NCBI GenBank assembly: GCA_009103225.1
Contig: RHPI01002262.1
Location: 1,188,406 to 1,252,405 of the forward strand
Direction of reading: 5' to 3'
DNA from: Chlorokybus atmophyticus
Lineage: Eukaryota > Plantae > Mesostigma and Chlorokybus algae
DNA: 64,000 nucleotides
Shown: positions 24,543-44,389 of the stretch, one piece after another
How the letters are laid out: the number at the start of each line of letters is the position of its first letter
Numbering within the stretch: the first letter of the stretch is position 1
Program-made: the position numbers and the translations under genes
The notes under the pieces: generated by a model
Told to the model about the DNA's origin: nothing
Seen by the model: the letters and a program-made list of their open reading frames with translations, nothing else
The model's database searches: none

Positions 24543-27500
24543 GGNNNNNNNNNNNNNNNNNNNNNNNNNNNNNNNNNNNNNNNNNNNNNNNNNNNNNNNN
24601 NNNNNNNNNNNNNNNNNNNNNNNNNNNNNNNNNNNNNNNNNNNNNNNNNNNNNNNNNNNNNNNNNNNNNNNNNNNNNNNNNNNNNNNNNNNNNNNNNNNN
24701 NNNNNNNNNNNNNNNNNNCCCCCCCCCCTCATCGCACGTGCCTGAACGTGTGCATCACCGGCTACCCTTCCATGCGTTTCGCTGCTGATTTAGTTTTGGG
24801 TGTGCCCACTCGTTGGAGCGTGTGCTACAGCGGCGTGGTAGGAGGTTTCGTGCCAGGTGGACCTATTGTGCAGTTGTACGAGGGGCCTTGGCCCAGTGAT
24901 TGCCTATTTGCTGACCATTGACTATTTGCATGTTGGTGCTGTGTGTTTGTGTGTTTATGTTGTGTCGGTGTGTGGTTCTCACATGCGTGTGTGTGCCCTT
25001 GCAGTTGTAAGAGCTGTGAACATATGCCGTGTGCACACTCTTTTGTGCATGCTTGTCCATTACTCACACTGCATGCATCTCATGATATCTGGTCAATGTC
25101 TGTTGCATCGCACAGTGCAATGTTTGTGTTGCACGCTACGCTAATCTGCTTGGCAACACAACGACGCCTATGTACAGGGTTTGCTAGGTCCAACGTAGGT
25201 GTGCTCGGGCTGCTGCCTTGAGGTTGAGCAGGCTGAGAGCGGGCTCTACTCCAGCCAGAGTGGCATCCACAGCACGGGTTGCCAACTGTAGCTCTGAGGT
25301 GGTGGGCGACATGGATGGGATGCGAACAGCAGCTGCACTCCTCGTAGGGCTTGCCATTGGTGCGAGGCCTCGCGGAGGGGTATGTAGCAGTCCTTCATCC
25401 TCGCGCTGAGTCTCCAAGTCAATAGTGACTGCACTGGGCCCAGCAGGTGTGTTGATGTGTGCAGGCCCTAATCTTGCAACTGCCCGCACCTGTTCCAACA
25501 ACTTCTTTTGTTTGGCAGCCAGCTTCTGGTCCTTCACCAACTGCTTTTGCGCTGCCACAAGCTCCCTCTTCTTGCGAGCTGCCTCCTTCTGAACTGCTGC
25601 CACCTCCTTGTTCTTTGCTGCCTGCACCTTCCTGCGTGCAGCCTCCTCTTTGCGGGTTGCCACTGCATCCTTCTTCCTGCGTCGCTCATCCTGCTTGGCT
25701 TGCAGCATGGCAATGTATCCTTGCGATGTAAGCATCACAGACCCCGGCAGCTGAGGTGCCTTCTTTGTCTTCCAAGTACTTGGTCCTGCTTGCTGAAGTG
25801 CAACCTCAATGTCGATGTTGATGTTGCTGTTGGGTGGCCCTACAGATGCCGCTGGAATGTGGTTCTCCTTGTCACACATGCTCTCGTCGTCCTCAGTCTC
25901 ATCCGAGTCCTCACCCTCTGACTGCATAGGAATCCCTTCACCGTCCAGAGCAGGGCCCCCAAACTCATGCTGCAGCTGAGCATGAGCAAGATCAGGTGTG
26001 ATGTCTTCCCCCACGGGCTTCTCCATCTCTGGTACAAGATCATCAAATGCGTGGACGTTCACAGGCCAAACACCTGGCAGGTATTGGGGGGTGCAGTTAG
26101 ATTGCATGCACACTCATCACGTTGTTGTGGGGGGTGAATGCATGCAGTTGCACATGTGCATTGGTGCAGCATGCATGCGCATCACACATAGCATGTTGCT
26201 GACCTGTCTTTTTTAAGCCATTGATGATGTTGCTTGGTGTCATGGCCTGATAGAAGGGTTCGCAGGTCAACTTGACGAACTATAGCTTGGTGATAGGACT
26301 GTAAGCTCCTCGACCCTCCACGCCAGGAATTGCTGTCTGTAGTGCTCATTAAGGGATCGGAAGCAGCTGACGTCTAAGACCTGGTTGCACACAATACACT
26401 CCTATCAGCGTAAGATCAGCACATGATGCAAGCAAGCTGGTGTGCATACTCTTAACACACATGCATGTGCGACACTGACACTATCTTCTTGCCTGCATCA
26501 GGTGGGTCATGTGTGGCGGAAATGTGAGCATGTGAACACCTGTAGCTCGAGCCCGCTCCAACAGCTCTGGGTTCATGCGGGAGGAGTGCCCGTCCAACAA
26601 CAGCAGCACTGGCCGGAGCACTGACACCCCCCCAGGTATGTACTTGACAAACTCCTTGAACCAGTCACAAAAGATGTCAATGGTCATATATGCATTCTCT
26701 TGCATGCGCATGAAGCTGCCAAGCGGGGCATGTTTCATGTAGTTCTTGGTGTAACGGATCCCCTTCAAGATGTACATCGGCGGCATCCACATCCCTGCAG
26801 CACTAACACATGCCATGACACTCATGTGTTCACGACTGCCGCATTGGTTGTAATAAGGGTTCCTGTAGCCCTTTTTGCAGATCACCTTAACCGTACCTGA
26901 GGAGGCGAATATGTTTGGCAACATCGCAATGTGCATACGCTCACACTTGTGCAAGTTGGCAGACTCACCCAAGTTGTCCGGCTCAAAGCCGGTTTCGTCA
27001 GCATTGAAGATCCTAGTCGGGTCATCAATGCCAAGCTCAGCCAAGGTGCGTGTGTACAAGTCGTAGAAAGCACAAACATTTTCTCTGGTGCAGGCCTGCC
27101 ACCTTCTCCGGTCCAAGCCCTTGGCAACTCTGGAGGCTAAGTTGTGCCTGCTCATGAACAAGCGGAGCCACTTGTAACCTGGCAGCCCACAGCGACCGAA
27201 GCGATTGAGACGTCCCCCATCTTCAGCGCGTAGTATATGCACCACCTGCCACTTGCACAGGTAAGTAATTTGGGTATGAGCTGACTTAGTCACTCGTATG
27301 CATGCACATACATAAGACCATGCACGCATTATCACACCTAGCATGCATGCACAGGTGCCACACACATCGACACCATACTTGGCGTGTGCAGTGCAGTTCA
27401 CACATAGCACACACCTTCTGAAAGACTGAACATCTCGTCACAGCGTAGTGGTGATCTGCGCTCTAGTTGATCCATGCCACAAGTTCACACTCCTCCTCTG

Positions 27501-28653
27501 TAGTCATCACAGGAGCACGGCCAGGGCTGCGAGGGAGCTGGAGTTTGAAAGGGGTCGAGCAGTAGTCAGCAAGTGTGGACTTGGGTATGCCATGTCTAGC
27601 AGCTGCATGCCTCAGGGGAGTCCCAGCCTTCACCTCTTCCACAGCAACACCCAACTTCAGTAGCAGACCTTGCCCAGCCCAGTTGATGTAACGCATGCCA
27701 AGTCTCTTCGTGCTGCCTGCAATGGAACGCAGGGCAGCCTTGCTGCGACCCCTGTGGCGCTTGAGAGGGCAATGGGCAGTCGGGGTGCTGGCACTGCGCT
27801 TGCTACAGCCAGCAGGCGTGCTGTCCTGCTGACAACCACACGCTCAGTCACACAACCATCATATACACACACACACGGGGGCTATGACGACAGGGTGCAC
27901 ACATGCAGCATACATGCTGCAACACTACCACCGTAGCTGAGTCCCCAACACCCACCCATCCGGATGCTACCTTAGCATGCTGTATGGCAGACAATAGCCT
28001 GTACAGTTGAAGACAATGGGTAGTCACCTCATTAAACTGGTTGCTATCTTGCATGCTTTCACTTTCTTGCGCTGTACGTTGTTGCAGCATGTCACACAGC
28101 AGAGTGCACACCCCCCTTCCCCCACATATGGCTCGCAATCAGTCAACTCATTGTATACACGCCATCACCCCACCTACACAACCATGGCCATCCTCACCGC
28201 CACACTACACGCTATATTTCTCACAACAGCTCTCGTGCACTGCGTTTTTATACCCTCGAAATTGCATACCAACCTTGCCCGCCATAACTTTTAAACTAGA
28301 GCGGCTTAAAACAAACCATTTTGTGGGTGTTAACTAGACTATAAGGGCTATCCGCAGAGCCTATGAGCTTTTGCATTGGTTAAGTACACGCTTATCCTTG
28401 GAAGTTCAAAGTTAATCAACACACCAACTGTGTTGAGTAACTTGCATTAAGGCAGTTACACGCTAGTCTTGGCGCCAATTACTTGCATATTTGCTTTGAA
28501 AAGTTCGGATAAGGTAGGACAGGATAGTACCTACCAGTTGCACAAAAAACGTCGCGATTTGGGCGCCAAACACGCATGCCACTGCCTGACAAGCACGTAC
28601 ACACAGCGTGCGTCCGAAGTTAGGCTAACGTCCAAAGTTAGGCACGGTCACCC
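23899..28653 (-). mobile_element. pogo/Fot1-like (Tc1/mariner superfamily) DNA transposon, ~4.75 kb, inactive copy
   Basis: Imperfect TIRs GGGTGA..TGCC..ACTT(C/T)GGAC. TA flanks at 23897-98 and 28654-55. Subterminal GTCC(G/A)AAGTTAGGC direct repeats. Joining the flanks restores one unit of the adjacent 175-bp repeat. Confidence 0.85.
25184..27696 (-). pseudogene. Intron-containing pogo-type DDE_1 transposase pseudogene
   Basis: HTH-psq region (AARHGIPKSTL), CENPB-like HTH (GYKWLRLFMSRH), and the triad NADETG, LLDGHSS, Q|VLDVSCF. Lesions: TAG at 27463-65, a frameshift near 26300 and TAG at 26280-82. Four introns, one GC-AG (26492-26381). Confidence 0.88.
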
Positions 28654-28655
28654 TA

Positions 28656-29335
28656 GGCTTAGATCTTGAATGCGCTTTTACTCGTGTTTAACTTACACTG
28701 GAGAAGTTACAGTAGAGACTGCACTGGCATGCAGAATGCGTATGCGAGCATTTGTTTCACTTGTACGCGATGCAAGCATTGAGCATATAGTCAACTTACA
28801 CACGCTGTGGACTACATGTTTGGCGGCCTACTTATTCAGCTGGGATCCGAGATTCGCTGAGACTCACGTGTGTAATTCAAAAAGTTGAGATTGCATTGCC
28901 ATGCAGCATGCGTATGCGAGCATAGATTTTACTTTAATATGTGATGCAAGCATTGAGCATATAATCAACTCATACACGCTGTTGGCCACATGTTTGGCGG
29001 TTGCTTACTTATTGGGCCTAAATCTAAAATGCGCTGTTACTCATGTGTAATAATAGAAGTTGAGATCGCATTGCCATGCAGCATGCGTATGTGCGCATAG
29101 GTTTTACTTTTATACGCGATGCAAGTATCGAGCATATGGTCAACTCATGCACGCTGTGGGCCACATGTTGAGCGATTGCATATTTATTGGGCTTTGATGT
29201 AAAATGCGCTACTACTCATGTGTGTAATCAAAGAAGTTAAGTTTGCATTGCCATGCAGCATGCGTATGCCAGCATAGGTTGCATTTTTGTACGCGATTAA
29301 AGCATCCAGCATATGGTCAACTCATCATACACCCA
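28656..29335. repeat. Diverged tandem array of ~175-bp units (about 4 copies); the first unit begins at ~23871, before the transposon
   Basis: Anchor (C/T)ACATGTT(T)GGCGG-like motifs at 28813, 28987 and 29162. GCATGCGTATG at ~28735, 28907, 29080 and 29258. Confidence 0.88.
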
Positions 29336-29663
29336 TAACAATCAGTCTGATTGATGTTTTAATCAACCCACAAGCAGTAATACATGAGCAGATAATAAGA
29401 CATCATATCACAAACATTGTGCATGTTTGGCCAATATGTCAACAATCAAATGTGTACTCGAGAAAAACGCTGTAAGCATCAACTGGCACACCGCACTGTG
29501 TTCTTCTACATATAGATGTGCCACAATGAGAAATCCGGTCAATAAGAGATACATCAGTGGAAGATGCAATCATCATGATAATTTATATTTATCTACACAT
29601 ATTGTATGACAGTGAAGCTTTGTAGCATGTCTTACTCACGCATTGAGCTGTTGCATCACATGC

Positions 29664-29667
<4 letters not shown>

Positions 29668-29711
<44 letters not shown>
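29668..29711. repeat. (TC)n microsatellite
   Basis: About 22 uninterrupted TC units. Confidence 0.95.
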
Positions 29712-29715
<4 letters not shown>

Positions 29716-31245
29716 TATCTATCTATATATATATGTGTATTAGCAATTCTCTCATTGCAACAAGTCTCTTTAAAGCAGCATATAGGCAAGTTACTGGGAA
29801 AAATAAAGCCAAATCATATCAAAATTAAGCAATGTATTGTGTAGTGTAATGCGGTGTGGGGTACTTCTTGTCTTGTTCACATACCAAGTTAATTAAGATT
29901 ATAAAAAAATTAATACCGTAGTGCCACGAGATCTTCGTAGAAGAGAAAACTCCAAGAGGGCACTTTACGAATGATGGTTGATTGCAATGCATATTGCTAT
30001 AATACTAAAGTTCAATTAAAAAATAACTTAAATTTTCTAGCGGAGCTTTTTTTGAACATTTTGAACACGCAGCACTAAGGTGTATGGGTGTCGACTTTAT
30101 GATCTCATATTGTGTACAACGGTAAGGCAACTCAAGTTGCTATAATGTTGTACGCAATGTTGATGTTCATGTTCAACATGGCATCTTAAGATGAAGATGT
30201 GTGCTGAATCACCTGATGATGCAGCGCGAGCTCAAGATAAATGCTAGCCGCGAGATTAGCAAGTCCATTCGTCGGTTCACGAAAAGATTCAGCAGATTCC
30301 TGCAGCCCTTATGTAAGCATACATTCGCTTCTGCCAGCTGTGCGGTCGATTGATGCCCTTGACGAGGAACGGCAGACTTGCGGGGAGCAGAGCAGAACCG
30401 TTAGTGTAGGCTGTGTTTTACCGTCACGTCAGACGACGAGATGCGTCAAACTCGCTCGCCGTCTAAGTTGATAGTTAAAGACGATTCTTACAAGCCAAAT
30501 GCAAACTTAGGCGGTGGCGGCGGTGGTGTTGTCGTTGTCGTGGATGTCGGTGGTGGTCTTCATGGTCGGCCCCCAAGACATGTGAAAGGAGGCAGGAATC
30601 TGAGGGAGGTGGATTGATCGCATGGTGAAGCACGTCTCTTGCCGCTGCAGGCTGATCACTGCCTGCTGTCGTGTAAGCTGCGTGCTTGTTGCTGGAAGCT
30701 TGCGTTGGCTGCTGTTTCAAACCTGTTACAGTTTATCCCTTGTGAACATTAACCCCTTGTTTAATTCAGTTGTTTGCTATCCGTCAATTTCGTGTTGTGA
30801 GAGTCATACTTGCTAAACCTGCACTGGTATTAGCAGCTTTGAGAACCTGTCATCAAGGTTTGCCGTGTGTTTGTCGGCTGTGCTTGTGCGCCAGTTGTGG
30901 TTTTATCTTGTGCAGCAAACCCTAAGCCAGCAAGTTACGTCACTCGCATTTTGGGCATGTAGGTCCCTAACTTGAACGCTGCTCAGCGCATTGTGATCGA
31001 ACACTACCACAGCAGACCAAAAGAGGTTCTCAGTCATGTTTCTCTTTGCAGCTGTGCTGTTTCAAGCGTTGTGTTAAAACCTTCCTATACTTACGACATT
31101 TATGTACTCATAACCAAGCTTGCTGCAAGCATATAACAAGCAGACTTGAGTAACTTTATCAACAGCAGGGAGGCTGTGAACAAGGGAGCACTGGACAGAA
31201 GAAGCAATGCAGTGCTGCTGCTGCACAATGCTGCCCGTAGGTAGC

Positions 31246-37120
<5,875 letters not shown>

Positions 37121-38376
37121 TGTAGCAGAATGGGAGTGAAGCTAGTTTATGCACACCAGTACAAGAAAGGGGGAAAACAAAGAAAACGAGCGGGTGGGTG
37201 GTTGAGGGCTTTGCTATTTGTGTGTGGTTTGTTTGCTATGCAGTTTTGGAGGAAGCGGTTTTACTTAGAGCTTCAATCACGTTTACTCTCAACATTGTAC
37301 AGACAGCGCAAACGTTTGCCTTTTAGCTTTATTACCCAAAGCTTGTATCAATATACTTGTGCGGCGTCATATGGTGGCGCTTTCTTACCCATGAAAAGCA
37401 TGTGAACTGCTACCCGTGTGCTTGATTTCTGCGGTCTTTTGCGCTTCTTTGTGCTGCTTTGACACACAAGCTGGGGTTGTGTGCCACCTGATTGCAGCAG
37501 TGTTGGTTCGCTGATTGGGTAAGCATTGTGTGACAGCCGAGTCTGCGCATTCAGCATCAGTCACAGTGCAGGTACCAAAGCGGCTGATACATGCATGACT
37601 AACAGGGGGGCGGTAGTAGTAGAGTGTAGGAGGCGCGCACGCGCATCGTGTAGCCCGATGGTTTTGTATACAGTCAGGTGAGTGTCTTGCATGCTGCGTG
37701 ACATCATGTCATGAGTTGAATATGCATGCGCATATGCCGTCCGCATTGTTTGTACGCTGCTCTTGTATGACGCGTGCCCCAATGCAATACTCACTAGAGA
37801 AAAACAAAATCACTTGATCCTGATCGATTGTGGTGCGTCAATCCCTTGCTCGGTGTTGGGCTACTGTTTGGGCCATGTGTGCTCTCTATACATATAATGT
37901 ACATGCATATATATTGTGCGAAAGTTGTGCAGATTGTAGCTAGTGAACACACAGGCAGGCACACTAGCGGGACATGAGCATGAACCTTTTTAGCAACGTG
38001 CTTAGAGCGTAGCTTACAACATCACACCATCTTCATTATCACCTGCTACCTGCTTGTGCCAATTGTGTAACTCAATTGGCTCACACACAGATAGCAGCGC
38101 ATGCATATGGCCACACGTCACTCACAAAACTTTCATGCTTGCAGTAGCTTCTTTTGTTCTGGTTATGAGCACGTTGCGCATCCTTCTGAGCACGCCACAT
38201 GAATGTGGACCACCTATGTGTGTATTGCACACGTAGTTCTCATGCTCGCTGATCAATGGTTTGTTGTGCATGTTGGGACACACACAACCGTGTGTGGGTC
38301 CGCATGTGTCATGCACAACGGTTGGATAGAGTGCCTCACGCGAGGTGCCAACACGAAGTCACAAACTGCATCTTTG

Positions 38377-39944
38377 TTACAGGAGCTTCAAGTGCCCAGT
38401 GATGGCGTCTATTAGCTCCACAGGTCCTGCATGATACGACATGTGCATCAAAGCCTGTCACTAACGTACACGACCGTGCGTAGGTGATATGCATGTGTGA
38501 GAGAAGTTGTGGCTGCATAACTGTACCTGGTCCGACGGCAAGGACCGTCCTCGAGCCTGCAACCCCAGCCAACACATTAACTTGTTGGAAGTGCTTGTTG
38601 CAACAGTCAAGCGCAGATGTGACTGTGAAAAGGGTACTTGTGCATGTGTGTTTGCGTAACAACATATGGAGACGCACACACGCGCACGCGCGCACGCACA
38701 TGCATACGCTTAGGCACGTGCATGCGCGCACGCGCACAGAGACATACGCATGCGCACACGCACGCACACATACCCTCAGTAACGATAAGCCCATGCGCAA
38801 GAACACTCACGCGCGTATGCACACACTCGGATATATCTGCACAGACGCACGTGCACGCACAAACACACCTGCTGCAATCTGCGTGCGGCCGGCATCTATG
38901 ACGTCATAGGTCGGCAGCTTCGCCTCGCGCGCAGTCTCCTAACATGACAACACATCAATTACAATCACAGCCTATCACTGCTACATAATGAGCGCAAAGG
39001 CCTTGCGGCCCAACATGACTACACGCATCAACTCATACGCGCTCTCGTTTGTTTTGTCATGAAATACACACCTGCAGCCGAAGCATCTCTTCCTCAGTCT
39101 CACACTTGACAACAACCTGAGATCAAAAGCCACACATCAACAGCAATGAATGAACTGGACAGAACAGGAGAGTCAAACCACCGATGCATGCATCAACAGT
39201 TGGATGAGCTCAAAGCGTTGGCTGGATTGTATGCAATGGATATTGTTGTCTTTTCAAGGTGTTTCTAAATCTGTTGATTTTATAAAGCACACATGCGAAA
39301 CGGACCTTAGCTTGGCCGCATCGCTCCCACGCTTTCAGCATCTGCGGTCGCCTTTTGAGTAGCCGCTTGTACGCTCCCATCGTCGCGTGGCTGTTGTTGG
39401 GTTGTGGCGAGGGGGAGGAGAAGGAGAATGGTGTGCGTGAGTGCTGACGTTGGTGAGCAATGGCGGACAACAAGAAATGGGTGCACACCCACATACGCAC
39501 GCGCGCAAGCATGCGTAGACACACACGCAGATGCACACGTACGCAGGCGTGCGCGTGCACGCACGTGCACACATATGCGTGTGTGCAGGTACGCAAACAC
39601 ACGCGCACGCACACTCACAGCCACATATGCACGCACGCACCTGCACTGCGCTGCAACCTTGCCCTTCCCCATCTTCAAATCATTTCGCACGACAAGCACC
39701 TGCACCAACACAACAACTCTCGCACCCGAACCAATCTCAACAACACGTTGCCTCGCCCTCTTACCATCTTGATATCAAAGCTGTAGTCCTTCATCGCCAG
39801 CAGCGGGTCGACATCGGTCTCCTCCTCCCCTGGCGAGGATATCGAGAGGGAGCGGGGCCGCCATGCAAAGATATCGACACCGTTGCGGCCGATGTAATAA
39901 CCGGCACAGAAGGCCGCTACAACCAGACTGGACTTCCAATCCAT
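38377..39944 (-). CDS. PTH2: Peptidyl-tRNA hydrolase 2
   Basis: N-terminal anchor followed by KM|[71 protein letters not shown]. Confidence 0.95.
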
Positions 39945-40786
39945 TGAGGATTTCTACTTTATGGCAGTGGAGACGCAAAGGTTATCCTGCAATAATAACA
40001 ATGGGTTCAGGACAACACAAGCAACAGCAATGCTGCTCTGCTCTGATAGGTAGTATAAAACACGTCAAACAAACAAAGAGATGATTCGGTCCTCTGTCTG
40101 TCTGAGTTGCTTGCTGCGCGTTGGCTGCAGCAAGCAAGATCATGTCTGTGTTGCAGTGGCATTGTTGTGTAGTAAGCATGAGTCGTGGCAGAGTAAAGAA
40201 CAAGGCAGAAATGTGGCCAATTAAACATGCATGGTATAAAAAAAAACCGGAGCGAGCACGCATATGTGGTCTGCATGCCAGTGCAGTCTCAACTTCTTTG
40301 CTTGCACGCGCGCGCGCACACGCATGAACGCATTGTGGCACGAGTGCACTCCCAACGTGAAAAGAAGTAAGGGTTGAAAGTACGACGGTATCATGCATAA
40401 TCGTTGATACTCAAACAATACAATACCAATGCTGATTGATAAATATCCTACAAGTCAACAGTCAGAAGCCACATGACAGCCAGTGTGCATTGTCTCTTAC
40501 CTGTCCTCTGCCGAAGCAAGCAAGCACTTCTCTGCGAGCGCCTCACACCTGCCATCCACACCGGTCACCAATCACCAATCAGCTACACTGCCTCCCCCGC
40601 CATGCATGTCGACCACTGCCTATAACCACAATGCCGCCGCCGCTTGGGTAATAACATATATTCCAATATACAGTGCCATCTGGTAACCTTTTCCGGCTGA
40701 GCCACGCACTCCACTTATAAGCATACAACACAACATGCTCAGATGTGTCTTATAAGTGTCATGTGGTTTCTTATTTGGGGCTGGTG

Positions 40787-43257
40787 ATGGCGGCAACGAG
40801 GAGGACGACGGCGGCGGCGGCGGCGGCGACGGCGAGGATGGCAATGCCAGGGTGGAGGGGGGTAGCCCTGATGGCGCTGCTGCTCCTGGCGGCGGTGGCG
40901 GCGGTGGCGGGGCATGGCGCTGGCGAGCAGGTGCAAGGCGCTTGTTGGGGCTGCTGCATTACAGTTTTTCATGCATTGCTGGGCGGGAGAGATGGCATTG
41001 ACAAGAGCAAGAATGTAGGAATATTATATAACAATCAGCATGTCCTATTTGACAAGCAAATTGGACAGTACTGAATGCTGGGGTTAAGCAATCAGCATGA
41101 TGTTGCTCGTCAACGAAGTGTGTCAGGACATGTCCAGTGCATGTCATCAAGTATGCTTGGTTGTGACTTTCCCTGTCTGTATGTGCGTGCGCAGGAGTGG
41201 TTGACCCAAGGCTTCACCACCATGAAAGACAGCCACGACCACCATCATGACCACACCCACCAACATGCACATACACACGAACACAGCTTCCAAGGCGCGC
41301 CCCTCAGCCGAACAGGCAAGACATCTGGTTAATAACTGGAAAAGGGTGCAGTATTAGTACAAGCACTATATTGAATGTTGAACAGCAACGGGATTGCAAC
41401 CACCAAATCTGTTTGCCTCCTTCTTGTCAACACAGAAGTGTGGCTCTATGGGCTCGCGAGCTCTCTCGTGGTGTCGTGTGCAGCGCTCGTCTGCCTCGCA
41501 GCCATACCATTCCTCACCCGCAAAGGTGAGGGGGGAGACGTGACACGCACAATACAACACACAGCATACTTCATCGACATGTGTGTGTGCCCATGTGTAT
41601 TTGTGCATGCATGCGCGCGCATGACCACTCATGCGTCTGTGTGCGTGCTTGTGTGCGTGCATGCGCACGCATGCGTGTGCGTACGCGCGTATGTGCGAGT
41701 TTCGTGTTGATGCCTGTGTGTTTTTCACTCCTTCATCTTGTCGATCAGGTGTGGTGTCTGAGGATGCTGCGTCTGTGATGACGGCCTTCGGTGCGGGAGC
41801 CATGCTTGGGGATGCATTCCTACACCAGCTACCGCACGCCTTCAACAAAGGTGGGCGTCAACCACGGTACATCCTACGCGCGCACACACACTTGCAGATG
41901 CACGCGCACAGATATACACACATATACACCTGCAAGCGAATGCCCGTGCGCATGCACAAGGATGAATGCACACACGCGTAACCTACACACATACTCTGCC
42001 GAATCTGTGGCTGTCCTGTACATGTCACGCATGACACACAACTCACAGAGCCATGTGTACACGGACTGTGTGCGCAAGTGCGCGCGCGCGCGCGCGTGTG
42101 TGTATGTGCGTGTCTGTGTCATCGTGGCATGACAACATCTCATCACGCAGGCTCCCACAACCACGACCACGACCACGACCACAACCCCAGCGCCCCCGTC
42201 CACGCCCACTCCCTCGCCGACCTGAGCGTCGGTCTCTCCATCCTGGCCGGCCTCCTCCTCTTCTTTCTCGTCGAGGTGGCCGTCCGCGCCGGCTCGACCA
42301 ACGGCCACGCTCACCATCACCACCATCACGGAGGACATCTGATGACTGAAGAGCGTGGTGGGGAGGGGGTGAAGGGGGGAGAGGGGCCGGAGGGGCTGAG
42401 GAGGAGGAAGGAGGGTGGGGAGAGGAAAGAGGGGGAGAAGGTGGGGAGTGAGGGTAGGGAGGGTGGACAAGGACAGGATCGGGTGGGGATGAGGACGCTC
42501 GGGTACCTCAACCTCTTTGCGGATGGCGTGGTGAGTCCTGGTTCTGTTTAATCATGGATGTGTGAAGCGTGCTTGGGTCGTCACTGGTTGGCTGGTTTAC
42601 TTGCGTGTGCATGTGCATGTGCGTGTACGAGTGTGTGTCTGTATGTGTATCTGTCTTCTGTATACTTGGGTGTGCGCGTGTGCACACACTTACGCGTACA
42701 TACACACACATGCACGCATGTGCGTGTATGTCTCTGTCTCAATGTTCCCTTCACCGCAGCACAACTTTACAGACGGCATGGCGTTGGGCGCGGCCTTCTC
42801 CAGCCGCGGGTTCGCCGCGGGTTGGGGCAAAACTCTCTTCATGATCGCGCACGAGCTTCCACAGGTACACCCCACTAATACACCCATATCACCCACACAA
42901 TAACAACAACATACCCTTGCATATTGGTTGTCATCACACGCGCAGGAAATAGGAGACTACGGCATACTTTTACGCGCGGGCTTCGGCGTCATGAAGGCGC
43001 TTTTACTCAACTTCATGTCGGCTTTGTTGGCTCTGTTCGGGACGGCTTTCGCGATCATAGTGGGTGGCGGCAACAACACACATACGCACATTATCGACGC
43101 GTCTCTGCTGGAGGGCTTCACAGCGGGCGGGTTCATGTATATCGCCCTCGCGGGTGTCGTGCCTGATATCCACGCCAACCGCACGTCCACGGGGATGCAG
43201 CTGGTGGCTGTGCTCGCGGGTATGGGCGTGGCGTTGTGGATATCGACTGTGGAGTGA
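40787..43257 (+). CDS. IAR1: ZIP-family (LIV-1 subfamily) metal transporter, IAR1/ZIP7-like
   Basis: Signal peptide and His-rich tracts. Motifs GAMLGDAFLHQLPHAF, GYLNLFADGV|HNFTDG and HELPQ|EIGDYGILL. Confidence 0.9.
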
Positions 43258-44389
43258 TGCGCAAGAGCATTTGAGCAACCACACGGTCAATAACATGTTG
43301 TGTGAAGTGGTTGTGAACACTTTGCGGCTACGTATTAAAATATCAGAGCACAGATGGCAAGCAGCTGGGGGAGCGGTTGTTTAACGTGCACGTGAACACA
43401 TGCAAGTGAGGTTACACATGTTGGTGACACAAGCGCAGGAGTGCCCGTTGGGTGCGCAAGAGACGAAGTGTGTATAAGAGTGAATGCGAGACGGTGCGAT
43501 AGCGAGTCAGAACAGTGTATGCAATGCTGTGATTGTGCCCAACACGGCATACCAACACAGTCTATGACACATGTGCCGCAAGGGTTGCGCCGCCAGGGGG
43601 CGCAGCAGCAGAGAGGGTGGGAGACAGAGGAGAGGGAGCGGGAAGGGCGGTGTGGTGGCGGAGAAGAAGACGGAGGAGGGCGCAGAGGGGGGGAGTCCTG
43701 CTGGTGTGTTGTCGTTGCCGCTACTGCCGCGTGGTACAAAACTCACTGCATCGGCCATGCGGGCAGGTCAACGCATATGCATGTGCATGCTTGCATGGCT
43801 TACCAGGTAGTAGGGGTAGAGTAGTGGTTTAGGTAGTGAATGAACCCGGTGGTTGACTCGACAATAGTGTGGTTGGTACGTGCTGTCTCACTCCGCATGC
43901 TACTGACTGTGCATACCACTATGCATGTGCATTTCCGTTTCACACTGTTTGTACATGCATGAGTAAACCACATCACACACAACAATCACGTTTGATAACC
44001 ACCGGGCTATGTAACAAGCTAGCTACCTACCTTCACTACAGGGGATACCCCGTTGGGTGCGTGCGCACGTGGGTGTGACTTTCCATTGTGTACATAAAGG
44101 GTAAGCTGCTATGTATAACCGCGCAGCACTAACTGCACAGCTGTTCTCTACCCGGGAAGGAAGTAGAGAGTAACGATATACACTCTGCGCGTGTGTACGT
44201 TATTTACATATGTTGAGAAGGTGTGCAAGCAGGCAACTGCACATGCGAGAGCGCAAACGAAGCTGTCACAAATGCGTGTGTAATGTATACTGATATGTCA
44301 AATTGCGCAGGGATATACAGCAAAACCGAGTTTGATAGAAACAGGTACGCACACACACAACACTAATCAAGTCCACACAGATTGTCCGC

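Noticed and set aside
27463-27465. Stop-codon readthrough or recoding in the transposase
   Set aside because: A further frameshift and a second TAG downstream indicate ordinary decay.
28656-29335. CRISPR-like array
   Set aside because: Eukaryotic locus; whole ~175-bp units are similar, with no short repeat/unique spacer alternation and no cas genes.
30180-30720. Candidate snoRNA/ncRNA or a 58-aa ORF upstream of the nucleotidase
   Set aside because: C/D-like motifs lack terminal stems or a recognisable guide; the region is more simply promoter and 5'-UTR.
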